Source: a virus. From it: a stretch of 64,000 nt of DNA. Position numbers and translations under genes: made by a program. Below, one piece after another: positions 31,962 to 40,923 of the stretch. The DNA is taken from the UHGV virus genome UHGV-0275551. The stretch is one strand, 5' to 3'. The stretch's first letter is position 1. Every line of letters begins with the position of its first letter. The notes under the pieces are model-generated. The model saw only the letters and a program-made list of their open reading frames with translations. It did not search any database and was not told where the DNA came from.

Positions 31962-32461
31962 TTTACGAAGAAAGATACAAGATAGATTATCAGAAGACTG
32001 GTCATCACACTTCACTAAGAGTAACCAAACCAAATGGGGATACTGGTATCATAGCACATTTTGGTGGTGATTATTGGTACGGTACAGGTTGCTTTGAAGG
32101 CTACACTCAAGAATACTTAAAAGCTTTCTACAGAGACTTTACAAATGACTACAACAGGGTTGTTGAAGAGAAGAATAAGTGCATTAAGCATGAATACCAT
32201 GCCAGAGGTTGTCTGAATATTGTTATGATACTGGTTTTCTTCTTAGCAACATTACTAGCCGTATCAGCAATCAGCTACATAGCTCAAGACTTGACCATTA
32301 CACAGATTACTGCAAAGGTACATGATGTTTGGTACTTGTATGCTGTTCCTTTAGCTGGTATCATCATCTCACTAATAAGGTTCAGAGTTCATAAGAAACG
32401 ACTTAAGGACTCTGAGGTTAAACTTGAAGAGGTAAGTAAAGAATGCAACCTACAATTATAG
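31958..32461 (+). CDS. hypothetical membrane protein (two C-terminal TM helices)
   Basis: track ORF 31928..32461 re-started at ATG 31958 (GAGAGGGG RBS, ATGA overlap); hydrophobic VMILVFFLATLLAVSAISYIA and LYAVPLAGIIISLI. Confidence 0.45.
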   Translation: MIYEERYKIDYQKTGHHTSLRVTKPNGDTGIIAHFGGDYWYGTGCFEGYTQEYLKAFYRDFTNDYNRVVEEKNKCIKHEYHARGCLNIVMILVFFLATLLAVSAISYIAQDLTITQITAKVHDVWYLYAVPLAGIIISLIRFRVHKKRLKDSEVKLEEVSKECNLQL

Positions 32462-32537
32462 CTGTCTGTGTTCGTTTTGCAATCACTGAAATGATTAACA
32501 AGGCAATCTTAAAAGATGCCTATGGAGAGACTAAGTA

Positions 32538-32762
32538 ATGATTAAGACACCTGTACCAATTTTTGGATTTCCTTCTATAGAAGAGTTTAAAGTTTATCTT
32601 GACAAAAACTTCTACAATGAGCAGCCTGTTACTTTGCTGAAGAGTGACTTATCAGAGCTTCTTGATATGATTATCAAGGCAACTTCTGAGAAGGAACCTG
32701 AACAGAAAGCTGAGAAGAAGACTAGTAAGAAATCCGATAAGAAGACTGAAAAGTCTGAGTAA
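32538..32762 (+). CDS. hypothetical protein, Lys/Glu-rich C terminus
   Basis: 74-aa track ORF; GGAGAGA RBS. Confidence 0.4.
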   Translation: MIKTPVPIFGFPSIEEFKVYLDKNFYNEQPVTLLKSDLSELLDMIIKATSEKEPEQKAEKKTSKKSDKKTEKSE

Positions 32763-32814
32763 TAACTTAGGGGTTACTTGATAGCCCCTTTGTAGAAACT
32801 TAGAAGGTAGCGAA

Positions 32815-33237
32815 ATGAAAGAGCTTATTGGTAAAAGATTGACAGTTTACTGCTCTAAAACAAAGAAACCACTCACTTCTGTGAAGGTTTTTGATGTTGA
32901 CACCACTGGTGTAGAGTACCCAATCCAATGCACAATAATTACTCCATTCAATGCAGATGATATGGATTTTAAAGAGTGTGAAGTGATATCTTTTAATGCT
33001 GATGGGTATTGGAGAGGTAAGTTAAACAAGCAATCAAAAGATTTTGATATGCAAATCCTTATCAATGAAGGCTATATCTGTGTAAAAGATATCCTCGTAG
33101 AAGCCTATGAAGAAGGTATAATTGATATTGTGCATGATGTTGAAAAAGCTTTAAAGCTTGTTATGCCGCATTTAGAATCTGGAAAGCTGACTTTAGAGAT
33201 GCTTAATAGGGTTATTCGGAGAGCTTATGAAAATTAA
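32815..33237 (+). CDS. hypothetical protein
   Basis: 140-aa track ORF. Confidence 0.4.
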   Translation: MKELIGKRLTVYCSKTKKPLTSVKVFDVDTTGVEYPIQCTIITPFNADDMDFKECEVISFNADGYWRGKLNKQSKDFDMQILINEGYICVKDILVEAYEEGIIDIVHDVEKALKLVMPHLESGKLTLEMLNRVIRRAYEN

Positions 33238-33691
33238 AGAAACAGTTCGAAAAGCAATGCTTACCAATTCAACTAAAGATGAAATGTACAAAGAAATCTG
33301 TGATGAGTTGAATTGCTCAAGACATGCTGCTAAGGTTCTTGTACATTGTTTTATCTGGGAATGTTCAGAAGCTTATATGAGATTCAGAGCTTTTGAAAGT
33401 TCTAACTTACTAGGTGATGTAGAAGCTAGTGAGAAGCTAAAAGAACCTGAAGTGAAAACAGTCCCTAAAGTTGGTAATACATACCCTCTTAAAGACTTCA
33501 AGACTGGAAAGATTGTTGCAAAAGGTGTAGTAGAATCTGTTTATCATGATGGTAAATACTTACTTAAAATATTCGAGTATGACAGCCACTATACGCACTT
33601 ATGTGGGATTACATTCTTAGTAACAGAAGAAGACATTATTAGGAACAATAGCAACAAGTTTGCAGTACCAGCTTACCAAGTTTTACGATAG
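33227..33691 (+). CDS. hypothetical protein
   Basis: 154-aa track ORF; GGAGAG RBS. Confidence 0.4.
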   Translation: MKIKETVRKAMLTNSTKDEMYKEICDELNCSRHAAKVLVHCFIWECSEAYMRFRAFESSNLLGDVEASEKLKEPEVKTVPKVGNTYPLKDFKTGKIVAKGVVESVYHDGKYLLKIFEYDSHYTHLCGITFLVTEEDIIRNNSNKFAVPAYQVLR

Positions 33692-33704
33692 TGGTGTGAT
33701 AGAT

Positions 33705-34253
33705 ATGGAAAAAGATAACTTAAAAGACGTTGAAGGTAACTATCTAGTCCTTGACTGGAAGGATGTTCGGGAAGCACTCTCCGAAGAAAATCTTGACTGG
33801 TTCGAACAAATTATCTTTGCAGTACGGCATAACCGAGAAGTTGAAAATGGTAAAGAGCCACTTGAAGGAATCTTTGTAGAAAGGTCTTATCCGTTCTATG
33901 AAGACACTTTGCAGAAAGTTAAGATGTACTTTAAACAGAAGAACCGTAAAGTGGTCACTATGGTGTCTCTTGGTGGACAGAGTATGTCTGTGATGGAAGA
34001 TATCAACCCTAAGAGACCGAGTAAAGGTGTTTGTATAAAAATCACAGGACATGAAGAGTATATCTCAGTGGATGACTTTAGTGCATTCTGTAATGGGTCT
34101 TGTGTCTTTAATGGTTTTCACTATGATATCCGAGTATACCCAATCAAGGGAGATGATATCATGATGCAGATATTCGATAACAACAACGGATTCACTCATT
34201 TTTATCAGACAACTAAGTCATCCCTTAAAACAGTTCTGGAAACACTGATTTAA
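33705..34253 (+). CDS. hypothetical protein
   Basis: track ORF 33660..34253 re-started at first ATG (33705); the track start is a TTG inside the previous gene. Confidence 0.35.
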   Translation: MEKDNLKDVEGNYLVLDWKDVREALSEENLDWFEQIIFAVRHNREVENGKEPLEGIFVERSYPFYEDTLQKVKMYFKQKNRKVVTMVSLGGQSMSVMEDINPKRPSKGVCIKITGHEEYISVDDFSAFCNGSCVFNGFHYDIRVYPIKGDDIMMQIFDNNNGFTHFYQTTKSSLKTVLETLI

Positions 34254-34262
34254 AATATCTTA

Positions 34263-34293
34263 AGAGCCTCCTTAATCGGGGGCTTTTTAATTT
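34263..34293 (+). terminator. terminator candidate closing the plus-strand cluster
   Basis: gagcctcc-ttaatc-gggggct imperfect hairpin followed by TTTTTAATTTTT. Confidence 0.45.
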
Positions 34294-34940
34294 TTATAAA
34301 ATTTTATCGGTTGTCCCAACCTCTGGGTCACCATCATATGTGAATAAAATATCTATCCTTCTTAACAACCTCCTTAGTCTTACTCTCTATATAGTTATAT
34401 AGTACTATATAGTATCTTAGTAACTATCTAGTGGTCTTAATAGCCCCCCTGTATAAGCCTTCTAACTAGCCCTTTAATAAGCCCTCTAAACACTCTTCTA
34501 ACAAGCCTTCTTAACAACCTATACAATCACCTTAACCATCTCTCTATACCCTCTTAGAAGCTCCTATACACCTCTTAATCTCTATGTCAGCTATGATACC
34601 CTCTATAGATGTTCACTAGGTACTACTAAGCCTCTATATAGACTGTTTTAACAAACTTAACAGGAATATCTTCACAGACCTTATCTCACAAGGTCTAACA
34701 CGGTACTAACAAGGTATCTTATAAGCCTGTTTCTACCTGTATTTTTAAAAGACTGTATAGGTAATTATTCAGAATTTTAAAATTTTTATAAAATAAGACT
34801 ATCAAGTCATTTTTTAGGGTCTTTGAAGGAACTCAAAAATATCTGTAGAAGATGTATATCTGCTTGGTAGCCCTTAACAACTCCCTTACAAGTACTTTGC
34901 AAAATTTTAAAATATCCTTAACAATCTCTTAACAGTTCTC

Positions 34941-35013
34941 ACAAGCTCTTAACAACTCTTCAAAGCTCTTAACAACTCTTCAAAGCTCTTAACAACTCTT
35001 CAAAGCTCTTAAC
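34941..35013. repeat. tandem direct repeat, 20-bp unit x 3.6
   Basis: aagctcttaacaactcttca repeated head-to-tail three times plus a partial copy. Confidence 0.8.
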
Positions 35014-35895
35014 AGATTCTTAACAGAACTAACAAGGATGTAACAGTTTCTTAACAGTTGATACATAGGCTTTACAGAATCTTAACAGATGACTAACAAG
35101 AGCTAACAAGTTAATTTTTAAGAGTTATTTTGTAGGGATAATTAACAAGTTCCTAACAAGTGTTTAATCTTTTTAACAAGCTATTAACATGGTCACTATC
35201 TCTTTTCTTATCGTTCCCTTTCCCTCTTAGTGATTCTCTAAATAGCCCTCTTAAAAGCTCTCTATAGCTCCTTGTAAGCTCTTTTAAGTCTCTTCCTAGT
35301 AATTACACCCCAACTATACAGACACCTCTTTATAGGGCTTTACAGAGGCTTTAAAGGCTATGCTAAAGACTCTTACAAGGCTTTTACGTGGTCTTAACAG
35401 AGATTTAACAAGGGGCTAACAAGTCTCTAACAAGTGCCTTAAAAGCATAACTATGTAGGGATTGTTAAGAAATTGTTAAGAAAATGTTAAGGGGGCTAGC
35501 ATTTACGTAACTTTATAGCCTCTTTTACGTAACTTTTGAGTAACTTTATAGCCCCTATAACATACTTTAAAGGAACTACCAAGCCCTTTTTAGTAGTTCA
35601 CAAGAATACTAACGAGATGATAAAGCTTACACCCTTATAAGATTCTTCTAAGGCTCTGGGAAGCTCTATAAAGGGCTTTTTAGAGTGGGTTAATATGATT
35701 GCTTAAGTTAGGTTGATAAGGCTGTTATAGAGCGTTATAGAGCGTTTAAGGGGTTGCCCTTCCCTTTCGGGTTATGGGCTTATATTTAAGTTGATTTGAT
35801 AAAAGGTTATAGAGTAGACTATAGAGTTATTGCTTTTAAGGTCTGATAAGATTCTGGAAAGGGAAGGGAAAGGGTTGTATAAGGATTTGATAGAC

Positions 35896-35920
35896 GTAAA
35901 AAAGCCCCATTTAAGGGGCT
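35896..35920 (-). terminator. rho-independent terminator at the distal end of the small-gene array
   Basis: agcccc-atttaa-ggggct hairpin followed on the minus strand by TTTTTTAC. Confidence 0.55.
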
Positions 35921-35958
35921 GTAAAGGTATCTGGGGCTATTTAGCCCCGTTGCGTCGA

Positions 35959-36207
35959 TTAGTTGTAGCCTTGTTTGCTGTAGTATAGAGAGACAATCAA
36001 GTCACCCCAATAATGGTAGTGAGATTCCTCGTTTATGGCTTCTTTTACGGCATCTTTCCAGAAGTCATCAGTAGGGTTATAATCTGGTATCACCTGCTGA
36101 ATCAGCATTTTGATAAGGTCAAAGGTGTTATCTGTTCCACCGATATCGAATTTTGCATCAAGTTTGTGGCAGCCATAAGCATTAACAGTTACGCGGATAG
36201 TTGACAT
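35959..36207 (-). CDS. hypothetical small protein (cassette gene, family-A leader)
   Basis: 82-aa track ORF; ATG directly follows the conserved SD of leader 36208-36274. Confidence 0.5.
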   Translation of the reverse strand: MSTIRVTVNAYGCHKLDAKFDIGGTDNTFDLIKMLIQQVIPDYNPTDDFWKDAVKEAINEESHYHYWGDLIVSLYYSKQGYN

Positions 36208-36274
36208 AATTTAGATTCTCCAGTTTAGGACTTTGTTTAGTGGGAAGGTCATTCCCTCCCCGTTGATTAGTAAT
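36208..36274 (-). repeat. family-A leader element (5'UTR hairpin + SD)
   Basis: sense actaatcaacGGGGAGGGAATGACCTTCCCCactaa...cctaaactGGAGAatctaaATG; 8-bp stem incl. G:U. Confidence 0.6.
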
Positions 36275-36299
36275 TTACTGCATATTGGCGTAGGTTGCA
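36271..36299 (-). promoter_or_regulatory. sigma70-like promoter for 35959..36207
   Basis: -35 TTGCAA, 17-bp spacer, -10 TAAATT; the TAA of the -10 is the stop codon of the upstream gene. Confidence 0.45.
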
Positions 36300-36538
36300 A
36301 GCCTTTTTTCGTTGTATTTTGTCAGAATTTCACAAGATAGAACATCGTACATTGTAACCGCTTTGCTTTTGTCGAGGTCAAAAAAGCCAAATGCTTTACC
36401 ATCTTTGAATCCGACAACTTCGTAAGATTCTTTAATGATTTCACCATTGAACAAATCACTTTCGATACGGTGAAACAACGCTACGTCTTCTTTGTTAGTT
36501 GCAATCTGCAATAGTGTGGTTAATTCTACGTGTTCCAT
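36275..36538 (-). CDS. hypothetical small protein (cassette gene, family-A leader)
   Basis: track ORF 36275..36643 shortened to the ATG at 36538 that follows the conserved SD; the upstream extension reads through the leader. Confidence 0.5.
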   Translation of the reverse strand: MEHVELTTLLQIATNKEDVALFHRIESDLFNGEIIKESYEVVGFKDGKAFGFFDLDKSKAVTMYDVLSCEILTKYNEKRLATYANMQ

Positions 36539-36605
36539 TTTTGAATCTCCTAGTTTAAGGACTTTACTTAGTGGGAAGGTTAATCCCTCCCCGTTGATTG
36601 ACAAT
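36539..36605 (-). repeat. family-A leader element
   Basis: gaatctcctagtttaaggactttacttagtgggaaggttaatccctccccgttgatt on plus strand. Confidence 0.6.
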
Positions 36606-36631
36606 TTACAGACTTTTGATTGTCTCGTCAA
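36603..36631 (-). promoter_or_regulatory. sigma70-like promoter for 36275..36538
   Basis: -35 TTGACG, 17 bp, -10 TAAATT overlapping the stop of the 36606..37136 ORF. Confidence 0.45.
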
Positions 36632-37136
36632 TATCTTTTTCAATATCTTTTAAAGTTTTTTCTAAGTTCTTGATATTGAAGGATAAGCCTTCACCGAGAG
36701 TCTTAGAATAACCGCTAGGACGTAAATCATAAAGGCAAATTTGTTCTACATTGGAGAGGTTGACCATTTCACCGCTTACATCATAAGCTATTGATACGGT
36801 GTTTTCAGGGGCTTTATAGAACTTGTTAAGATTCTTGATAGAACGTTCATAAGCCATTTTATAACCATTTAAAAGGTCTTTAACGTGGTTGCGAACGTTT
36901 TTACACTCATCTAAGTAAATACCTAAGAATAGCGGTAACAGTTCTGCTACAGCTTGCATAAAGTGAGATACTACAACAGTAGAAACATTACGACGATGTA
37001 TATAATAAGCCCCGTTTTCTGATTTAGTGATAGTTGCAAAGTGTACACCGTTGCAACGAAATTCGAAGGTATCTTTAACGGGTTTAGTCATAACGTTAGA
37101 TGAGCGAATGTAGTTGATAGCTTGAAACTTGTTCAT
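36606..37136 (-). CDS. hypothetical protein (cassette gene, family-A leader)
   Basis: 176-aa track ORF; ATG follows conserved SD of leader 37137-37200. Confidence 0.55.
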   Translation of the reverse strand: MNKFQAINYIRSSNVMTKPVKDTFEFRCNGVHFATITKSENGAYYIHRRNVSTVVVSHFMQAVAELLPLFLGIYLDECKNVRNHVKDLLNGYKMAYERSIKNLNKFYKAPENTVSIAYDVSGEMVNLSNVEQICLYDLRPSGYSKTLGEGLSFNIKNLEKTLKDIEKDIDETIKSL

Positions 37137-37200
37137 TTTGAATCTCCTAGTTTAAGGACTTTACTTAGTGGGGAAGGTCATTCCCTCCCCGTTGATTAGT
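37137..37200 (-). repeat. family-A leader element
   Basis: gaatctcctagtttaaggactttacttagtggggaaggtcattccctccccgttgatt. Confidence 0.6.
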
Positions 37201-37229
37201 ACTATACTTGTTTTGATTTGCCTTTGCAA
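37201..37229 (-). promoter_or_regulatory. sigma70-like promoter for 36606..37136
   Basis: -35 TTGCAA, 17 bp, -10 TATAGT immediately upstream of the leader hairpin. Confidence 0.5.
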
Positions 37230-37356
37230 GCAATTTTTAAGTTTATCTATAAAGAATCTATTAAGTGAATCCCTTTTAGATAACCCCCTCGAACAAAGTT
37301 ACCAATGTCAATGGGTATTGTCAACACTTTTTTAAAAGTTTTTTGTAAGTTATTGA

Positions 37357-37698
37357 TTAACTTATGAATATTTTTTCAGGCTTTACATAGCTGATACGCT
37401 GACTTTTTAGCAGGTCATCCCAGATTAAAGCGGCAATATGTGCATAACCGGATTCACGTAAAAGCTTCATTGTTTTACTTCTCGTTTCAAAACGGCTTGC
37501 GTAGTATTCACTGTTCAAGGTCGTTTTATTCCCTTCGTTATCTGTATGGATGATTTGCATCACTTGAAAGGGGCTTACACCCTCGCCTTTGTTCCACTGT
37601 TCAAAGTATTTTAGGCACTGCATAGGTGACATCTTATCACTTACTTGAGTTGACCAAGATGAGCCAGCTTTATCGGTAATTACGGTTACATAAGCCAT
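37357..37698 (-). CDS. hypothetical protein (cassette gene, family-B leader)
   Basis: 113-aa track ORF; ATG follows conserved SD of leader 37699-37783. Confidence 0.5.
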   Translation of the reverse strand: MAYVTVITDKAGSSWSTQVSDKMSPMQCLKYFEQWNKGEGVSPFQVMQIIHTDNEGNKTTLNSEYYASRFETRSKTMKLLRESGYAHIAALIWDDLLKSQRISYVKPEKIFIS

Positions 37699-37783
37699 TT
37701 TAGAATCTCCAGTTTAGGATTTAGTGGTAAAGCTCTTTATCTGGGGCTTACTATACAGACTAATAAGCCCCATGTAAAGTACT
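37699..37783 (-). repeat. family-B leader element
   Basis: sense ...GGGGCTTA-(loop)-TAAGCCCCagataaagagctttaccactaaatcctaaactGGAGAttctaaATG. Confidence 0.6.
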
Positions 37784-38032
37784 TTAAGCGTCTTTATATT
37801 CTATCTCTGTGCACTCACCTTTTACTAGCTCAAAGGTCCAAATAATTCGTTTATACTCAATCACTACTACAGTAACAAGGTCAGTCCTCTTCTCATTGGT
37901 TTTAAAGTCTATTGTGTGGGTATACTCATAACTAGTCTTATCCTTAATTTCCCCGTAGCGTCTACACTCTTTATAGACTTCATCCATTAAGCCATTGCTA
38001 ACCATGTTTTTTAGTTGAGTTTTAGTATACAT
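37784..38032 (-). CDS. hypothetical small protein (cassette gene, family-A leader)
   Basis: 82-aa track ORF behind leader 38033-38105. Confidence 0.5.
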   Translation of the reverse strand: MYTKTQLKNMVSNGLMDEVYKECRRYGEIKDKTSYEYTHTIDFKTNEKRTDLVTVVVIEYKRIIWTFELVKGECTEIEYKDA

Positions 38033-38105
38033 TTTTTGGAATCTCCTAGTTTAAGGACTTTACTTAGTGGGGAAGGTCATTCCCTCCCCGTTGATTGATA
38101 ATTTA
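38033..38105 (-). repeat. family-A leader element with adjacent -10 TAAATT
   Basis: same GGGGAAGG..CCTCCCC hairpin and SD as other family-A copies. Confidence 0.6.
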
Positions 38106-38125
38106 CAGACTTTTATCAGGCTTGT

Positions 38126-38359
38126 CTAGTCTTTTTCAATGATAATTTCATATTGACCATCGACACTGTCGAAATAGATTCCTTCGTCATCTTCTGTCTT
38201 AAAGTAACATTGTATATCATCACTGGCGGGGTAGTCTTGTCTTGCTATCTGGCAAACTTGAATAGCATTTTCTTTACTTCCTGTAAACTCTTCAAGCCCT
38301 TTAAAGTCACATGAATGGCCGTTACAAATGGAAAGGATGAGATAAATGGTTGTAAGCAT
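38126..38359 (-). CDS. hypothetical small secreted protein
   Basis: 77-aa track ORF; hydrophobic N terminus MLTTIYLILSICNG; no family leader, preceded by hairpin cccc-tgtaa-gggg. Confidence 0.4.
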   Translation of the reverse strand: MLTTIYLILSICNGHSCDFKGLEEFTGSKENAIQVCQIARQDYPASDDIQCYFKTEDDEGIYFDSVDGQYEIIIEKD

Positions 38360-38425
38360 GATTTAAGCCCTCTAAAAGCCCCTGTAAGGGGTTAATCAGT
38401 GTTTATAAGGTGAATGTATAGGTTT

Positions 38426-38968
38426 TTAGAAAAAGACCTTTAAATCACTCTCTACAATGTTTTCTGTCAGTGTATCCATGATGTCACAAAAAACCTGAAT
38501 ACTGTCGGATTGTTGGATACTTTTAGCAAGTAGCTCCAATGTTTCATCAAGATAATTTAAATTTGGGTTATCCAGTGAAGGGAGACAAAAAGGTGAATAC
38601 ATAGCGTTGAACTCTGTTGTATAGACCTTTTTAATCCAATTTACATCAAAGTACTCTGTAAAGCTTGCTATATTTGACACGTTATCACAAGAATAATCAT
38701 CATTTAGCTCATCCTCTGGAATGTCAAGTTCTAAGATAACAATATTTTGAGTTTTCATCTGAAAAGCTGCCGTGATAGTGGCATTTCCTAGAGCTTGCTG
38801 GATACCTTCCGATGCTATCTCTTCCTCATCATCACCATAGAGTTTATTTTCTGGGTACACGTAAAAATTGCCGTCCATATCCGAACAATTCCATACACCT
38901 GATGGTTTATCACCGTTATTAATCAGGTTGATAAAGTTTTCTTGAGTAGTACCGTGAAAGCATTTCAT
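38426..38968 (-). CDS. hypothetical acidic protein (cassette gene, family-B leader)
   Basis: 180-aa track ORF behind leader 38969-39061. Confidence 0.5.
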   Translation of the reverse strand: MKCFHGTTQENFINLINNGDKPSGVWNCSDMDGNFYVYPENKLYGDDEEEIASEGIQQALGNATITAAFQMKTQNIVILELDIPEDELNDDYSCDNVSNIASFTEYFDVNWIKKVYTTEFNAMYSPFCLPSLDNPNLNYLDETLELLAKSIQQSDSIQVFCDIMDTLTENIVESDLKVFF

Positions 38969-39061
38969 TTTGAATCTCCTAGTTTAAGGATTTAGTGGTA
39001 AAGCTCTTTATCTGGGGCTTACTTTATCGAACTATAAGCCCCTTGTAAAGTACTTTATCAG
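38969..39061 (-). repeat. family-B leader element incl. promoter-like TTGTCA - 17 bp - TACTTT
   Basis: agtggtaaagctctttatctggggcttac...taagcccc..gtaaagtactttatcagttaattt on plus strand. Confidence 0.6.
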
Positions 39062-39259
39062 TTAATTTTTGACAACTTTTAAAACTGCAAGATAACCTAA
39101 GCAATAAGAATCACCGAAGAGAGTTCTACCCATGAAAGAATCATCTTTGATATCCTTTGCAGTGACTGTTTTTTCTACGCCGTGGGAAAGAACTACATCA
39201 CCAACTTTAATGTCTTTGATGTGCGTGGTTTCAATGGTTAAACCGTTGATAATAGCCAT
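39062..39259 (-). CDS. hypothetical small protein (family-A leader; ends ...VVKN)
   Basis: 65-aa track ORF; C-terminal codons and stop lie inside the conserved family-B element downstream. Confidence 0.5.
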   Translation of the reverse strand: MAIINGLTIETTHIKDIKVGDVVLSHGVEKTVTAKDIKDDSFMGRTLFGDSYCLGYLAVLKVVKN

Positions 39260-39323
39260 TTTGAATCTCCTAGTTTAAGGACTTTACTTAGTGGGGAAGG
39301 TCATTCCCTCCCCGTTGATGTGT
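39260..39323 (-). repeat. family-A leader element
   Basis: gaatctcctagtttaaggactttacttagtggggaaggtcattccctccccgttgatg. Confidence 0.6.
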
Positions 39324-39352
39324 AATTTAATCTATCTAAAAATCAGTGTCAA
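39324..39352 (-). promoter_or_regulatory. sigma70-like promoter for 39062..39259
   Basis: -35 TTGACA (perfect), 17-bp spacer, -10 TAAATT. Confidence 0.55.
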
Positions 39353-39360
39353 TAAAATTT

Positions 39361-39765
39361 TTAGAGTTCTGCATAAATTGCGTCGCAGATGTCACGAAAG
39401 TCATGATTTGCCAAATTACGTTGTAACCAAGTGGCAAAGAAATCAGCGATTGCAAAATTAGCATCATACTCAACAGATAGCCACACTTTCACGGCAAATC
39501 TAAACATTTTCAAGTCTAACTCTTTATTCATTACCTTAGATTTGCCTAACATGTCGACCATTTCATATTGTGCACCGTCTAGCGTGATACCTGCTGCAAC
39601 GTCAGCCAATGAGTTTTTTACGTTTTCAACGTCTAAGATAACGCTTTGAATCTTTCCGATAATGTTGTGCAATGTTTCATCCGGTGCTGATGATGTAATA
39701 ACATTGATTCGATTAACGGTTAAACGTGCTTTTAAGATTGACAACTCACGATTATTAATAGCCAT
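39361..39765 (-). CDS. hypothetical protein (cassette gene, family-B leader)
   Basis: 134-aa track ORF behind leader 39766-39850. Confidence 0.5.
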   Translation of the reverse strand: MAINNRELSILKARLTVNRINVITSSAPDETLHNIIGKIQSVILDVENVKNSLADVAAGITLDGAQYEMVDMLGKSKVMNKELDLKMFRFAVKVWLSVEYDANFAIADFFATWLQRNLANHDFRDICDAIYAEL

Positions 39766-39850
39766 TTTAGAATCTCCAATTTAGGATTGAGTGGTAAAGC
39801 TCTTTATCTGGGGCTTACTGTACAGACTTATAAGCCCCCTGTAAAGTACT
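39766..39850 (-). repeat. family-B leader element
   Basis: gaatctccaatttaggattgagtggtaaagctctttatctggggcttac...taagcccc. Confidence 0.6.
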
Positions 39851-40123
39851 TTATACTAAGTGCAATTTTTTACCTTTTACTATAATGTAACTCGATGTGC
39901 TATTGCTGCAAACATCCTGATAAATTCTGCGCAAACGTCCTTCATAGTATACTTTCCAGCTAGTTGGAATCTTTTTGCCGTATCCGGTAGCAGTTTTTTG
40001 GAGTCCTGCGAATTGCCAATCTAAGATATGTTGCTCAGCCTGTAAATCCTCAAAGTGCATCACACCGTCTACATAGTGACGTAGAGTGACATTTAAAGTG
40101 AGACCGTTGTTAGTAGTATACAT
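39851..40123 (-). CDS. hypothetical protein (cassette gene, degenerate family-A leader)
   Basis: 90-aa track ORF behind leader 40124-40187. Confidence 0.45.
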   Translation of the reverse strand: MYTTNNGLTLNVTLRHYVDGVMHFEDLQAEQHILDWQFAGLQKTATGYGKKIPTSWKVYYEGRLRRIYQDVCSNSTSSYIIVKGKKLHLV

Positions 40124-40187
40124 TTTAGAATCTCCTAGTTTAAGGACTTTATTTAGTAGGGTGGTTATTGCCTCCCCGTTGATGTGT
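40124..40187 (-). repeat. family-A leader element, diverged hairpin
   Basis: tagtagggtggttattgcctcccc in place of tagtggggaaggtcattccctcccc. Confidence 0.5.
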
Positions 40188-40216
40188 AATTTAATCTATC
40201 TAAAAACCAGTGTCAA
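40188..40216 (-). promoter_or_regulatory. sigma70-like promoter for 39851..40123
   Basis: -35 TTGACA, 17 bp, -10 TAAATT; flank nearly identical to the 39324-39352 copy. Confidence 0.5.
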
Positions 40217-40545
40217 CAGTTTTGTTTTCGTTTGCTCAACTCTTGAACAATTACAGTATGATAGTCTTTTAAGTCACTAATATTTAAAGCATTTATCAGA
40301 GAATTATAATCATCGACTAATTGAAAATCATCTTTGAAAATGTCGCTGATTTGATAAGCTCTCGCCCTGAATCTGAAGCTCATTTCTAACCGCTTTAATT
40401 GTTCATCGCTCAACCGCTCTAGAAAGCTCATTACAAGGCTATTGCTAACCTGTTGTGTGATTGCCTTATTTGCTAGATTATAGGCTTTATATGCCTTATA
40501 GAGCGCGAAAATGGCAATGATTGCAGTGATACCAGTCATTAACAT
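40213..40545 (-). CDS. hypothetical membrane-anchored protein
   Basis: 110-aa track ORF; N-terminal TM (ITAIIAIFALY); overlaps upstream gene by 7 nt, no own leader. Confidence 0.45.
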   Translation of the reverse strand: MLMTGITAIIAIFALYKAYKAYNLANKAITQQVSNSLVMSFLERLSDEQLKRLEMSFRFRARAYQISDIFKDDFQLVDDYNSLINALNISDLKDYHTVIVQELSKRKQNC

Positions 40546-40835
40546 GGTGCTTCCTCTTTACGTGACACTTTGCCATTTACAGTTATCTCATAAGAATCTA
40601 GTAAATCGCTTTTAGATTTGACAGGACTTTTAAGAGTATCATCATAGATATTGACTTGCAATACAGGTTTTTTATACTCCCTGCAACTATTCCATAAGCA
40701 AATCACTACACGACGACCTTTTATTTTGCCGTGTAACCATTCCATAACATCATGGCTATTTCTTGATGTTTCAATGAAATCAATTTTGTTGAGTAATTTG
40801 CTTAGATTTTCACGAACTTTATTTGATAATTTCAT
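40539..40835 (-). CDS. hypothetical protein (cassette gene, family-B leader)
   Basis: 98-aa track ORF behind leader 40836-40923. Confidence 0.5.
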   Translation of the reverse strand: MKLSNKVRENLSKLLNKIDFIETSRNSHDVMEWLHGKIKGRRVVICLWNSCREYKKPVLQVNIYDDTLKSPVKSKSDLLDSYEITVNGKVSRKEEAPC

Positions 40836-40923
40836 TTTTGAATCTCCAGTTTAGGATTGAGTGGTAAAGCTCTTTATCTGGGGCTTAAGATACCAACTTT
40901 TAAGCCCCTTGTAAAGTACTTTA
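40836..40923 (-). repeat. family-B leader element
   Basis: conserved hairpin GGGGCTTA..TAAGCCCC and SD. Confidence 0.6.

Larger units (their letters stand above)
34254..35958. other. 1.7-kb non-coding, repeat-dense region where plus and minus transcription units converge
   Basis: no ORF of 60 aa or more in any frame; dozens of TTAACA / CTAACAAG / TATAG motifs; 20-bp tandem repeat; terminators at both ends. Confidence 0.6.

Noticed and set aside
34941-35013. Possible CRISPR array
   Set aside because: Repeats are directly tandem with no intervening unique spacers and only 3.6 copies; no cas genes in the window.
36275-36643. Long 122-aa form of the cassette ORF
   Set aside because: The N-terminal extension is read-through of the conserved leader; the ATG directly after the conserved SD (36538) matches all other cassettes.
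40213-40835. Toxin-antitoxin interpretation of the overlapping small gene pair
   Set aside because: Only evidence is a 7-nt overlap and small size; no recognisable toxin or antitoxin motifs.
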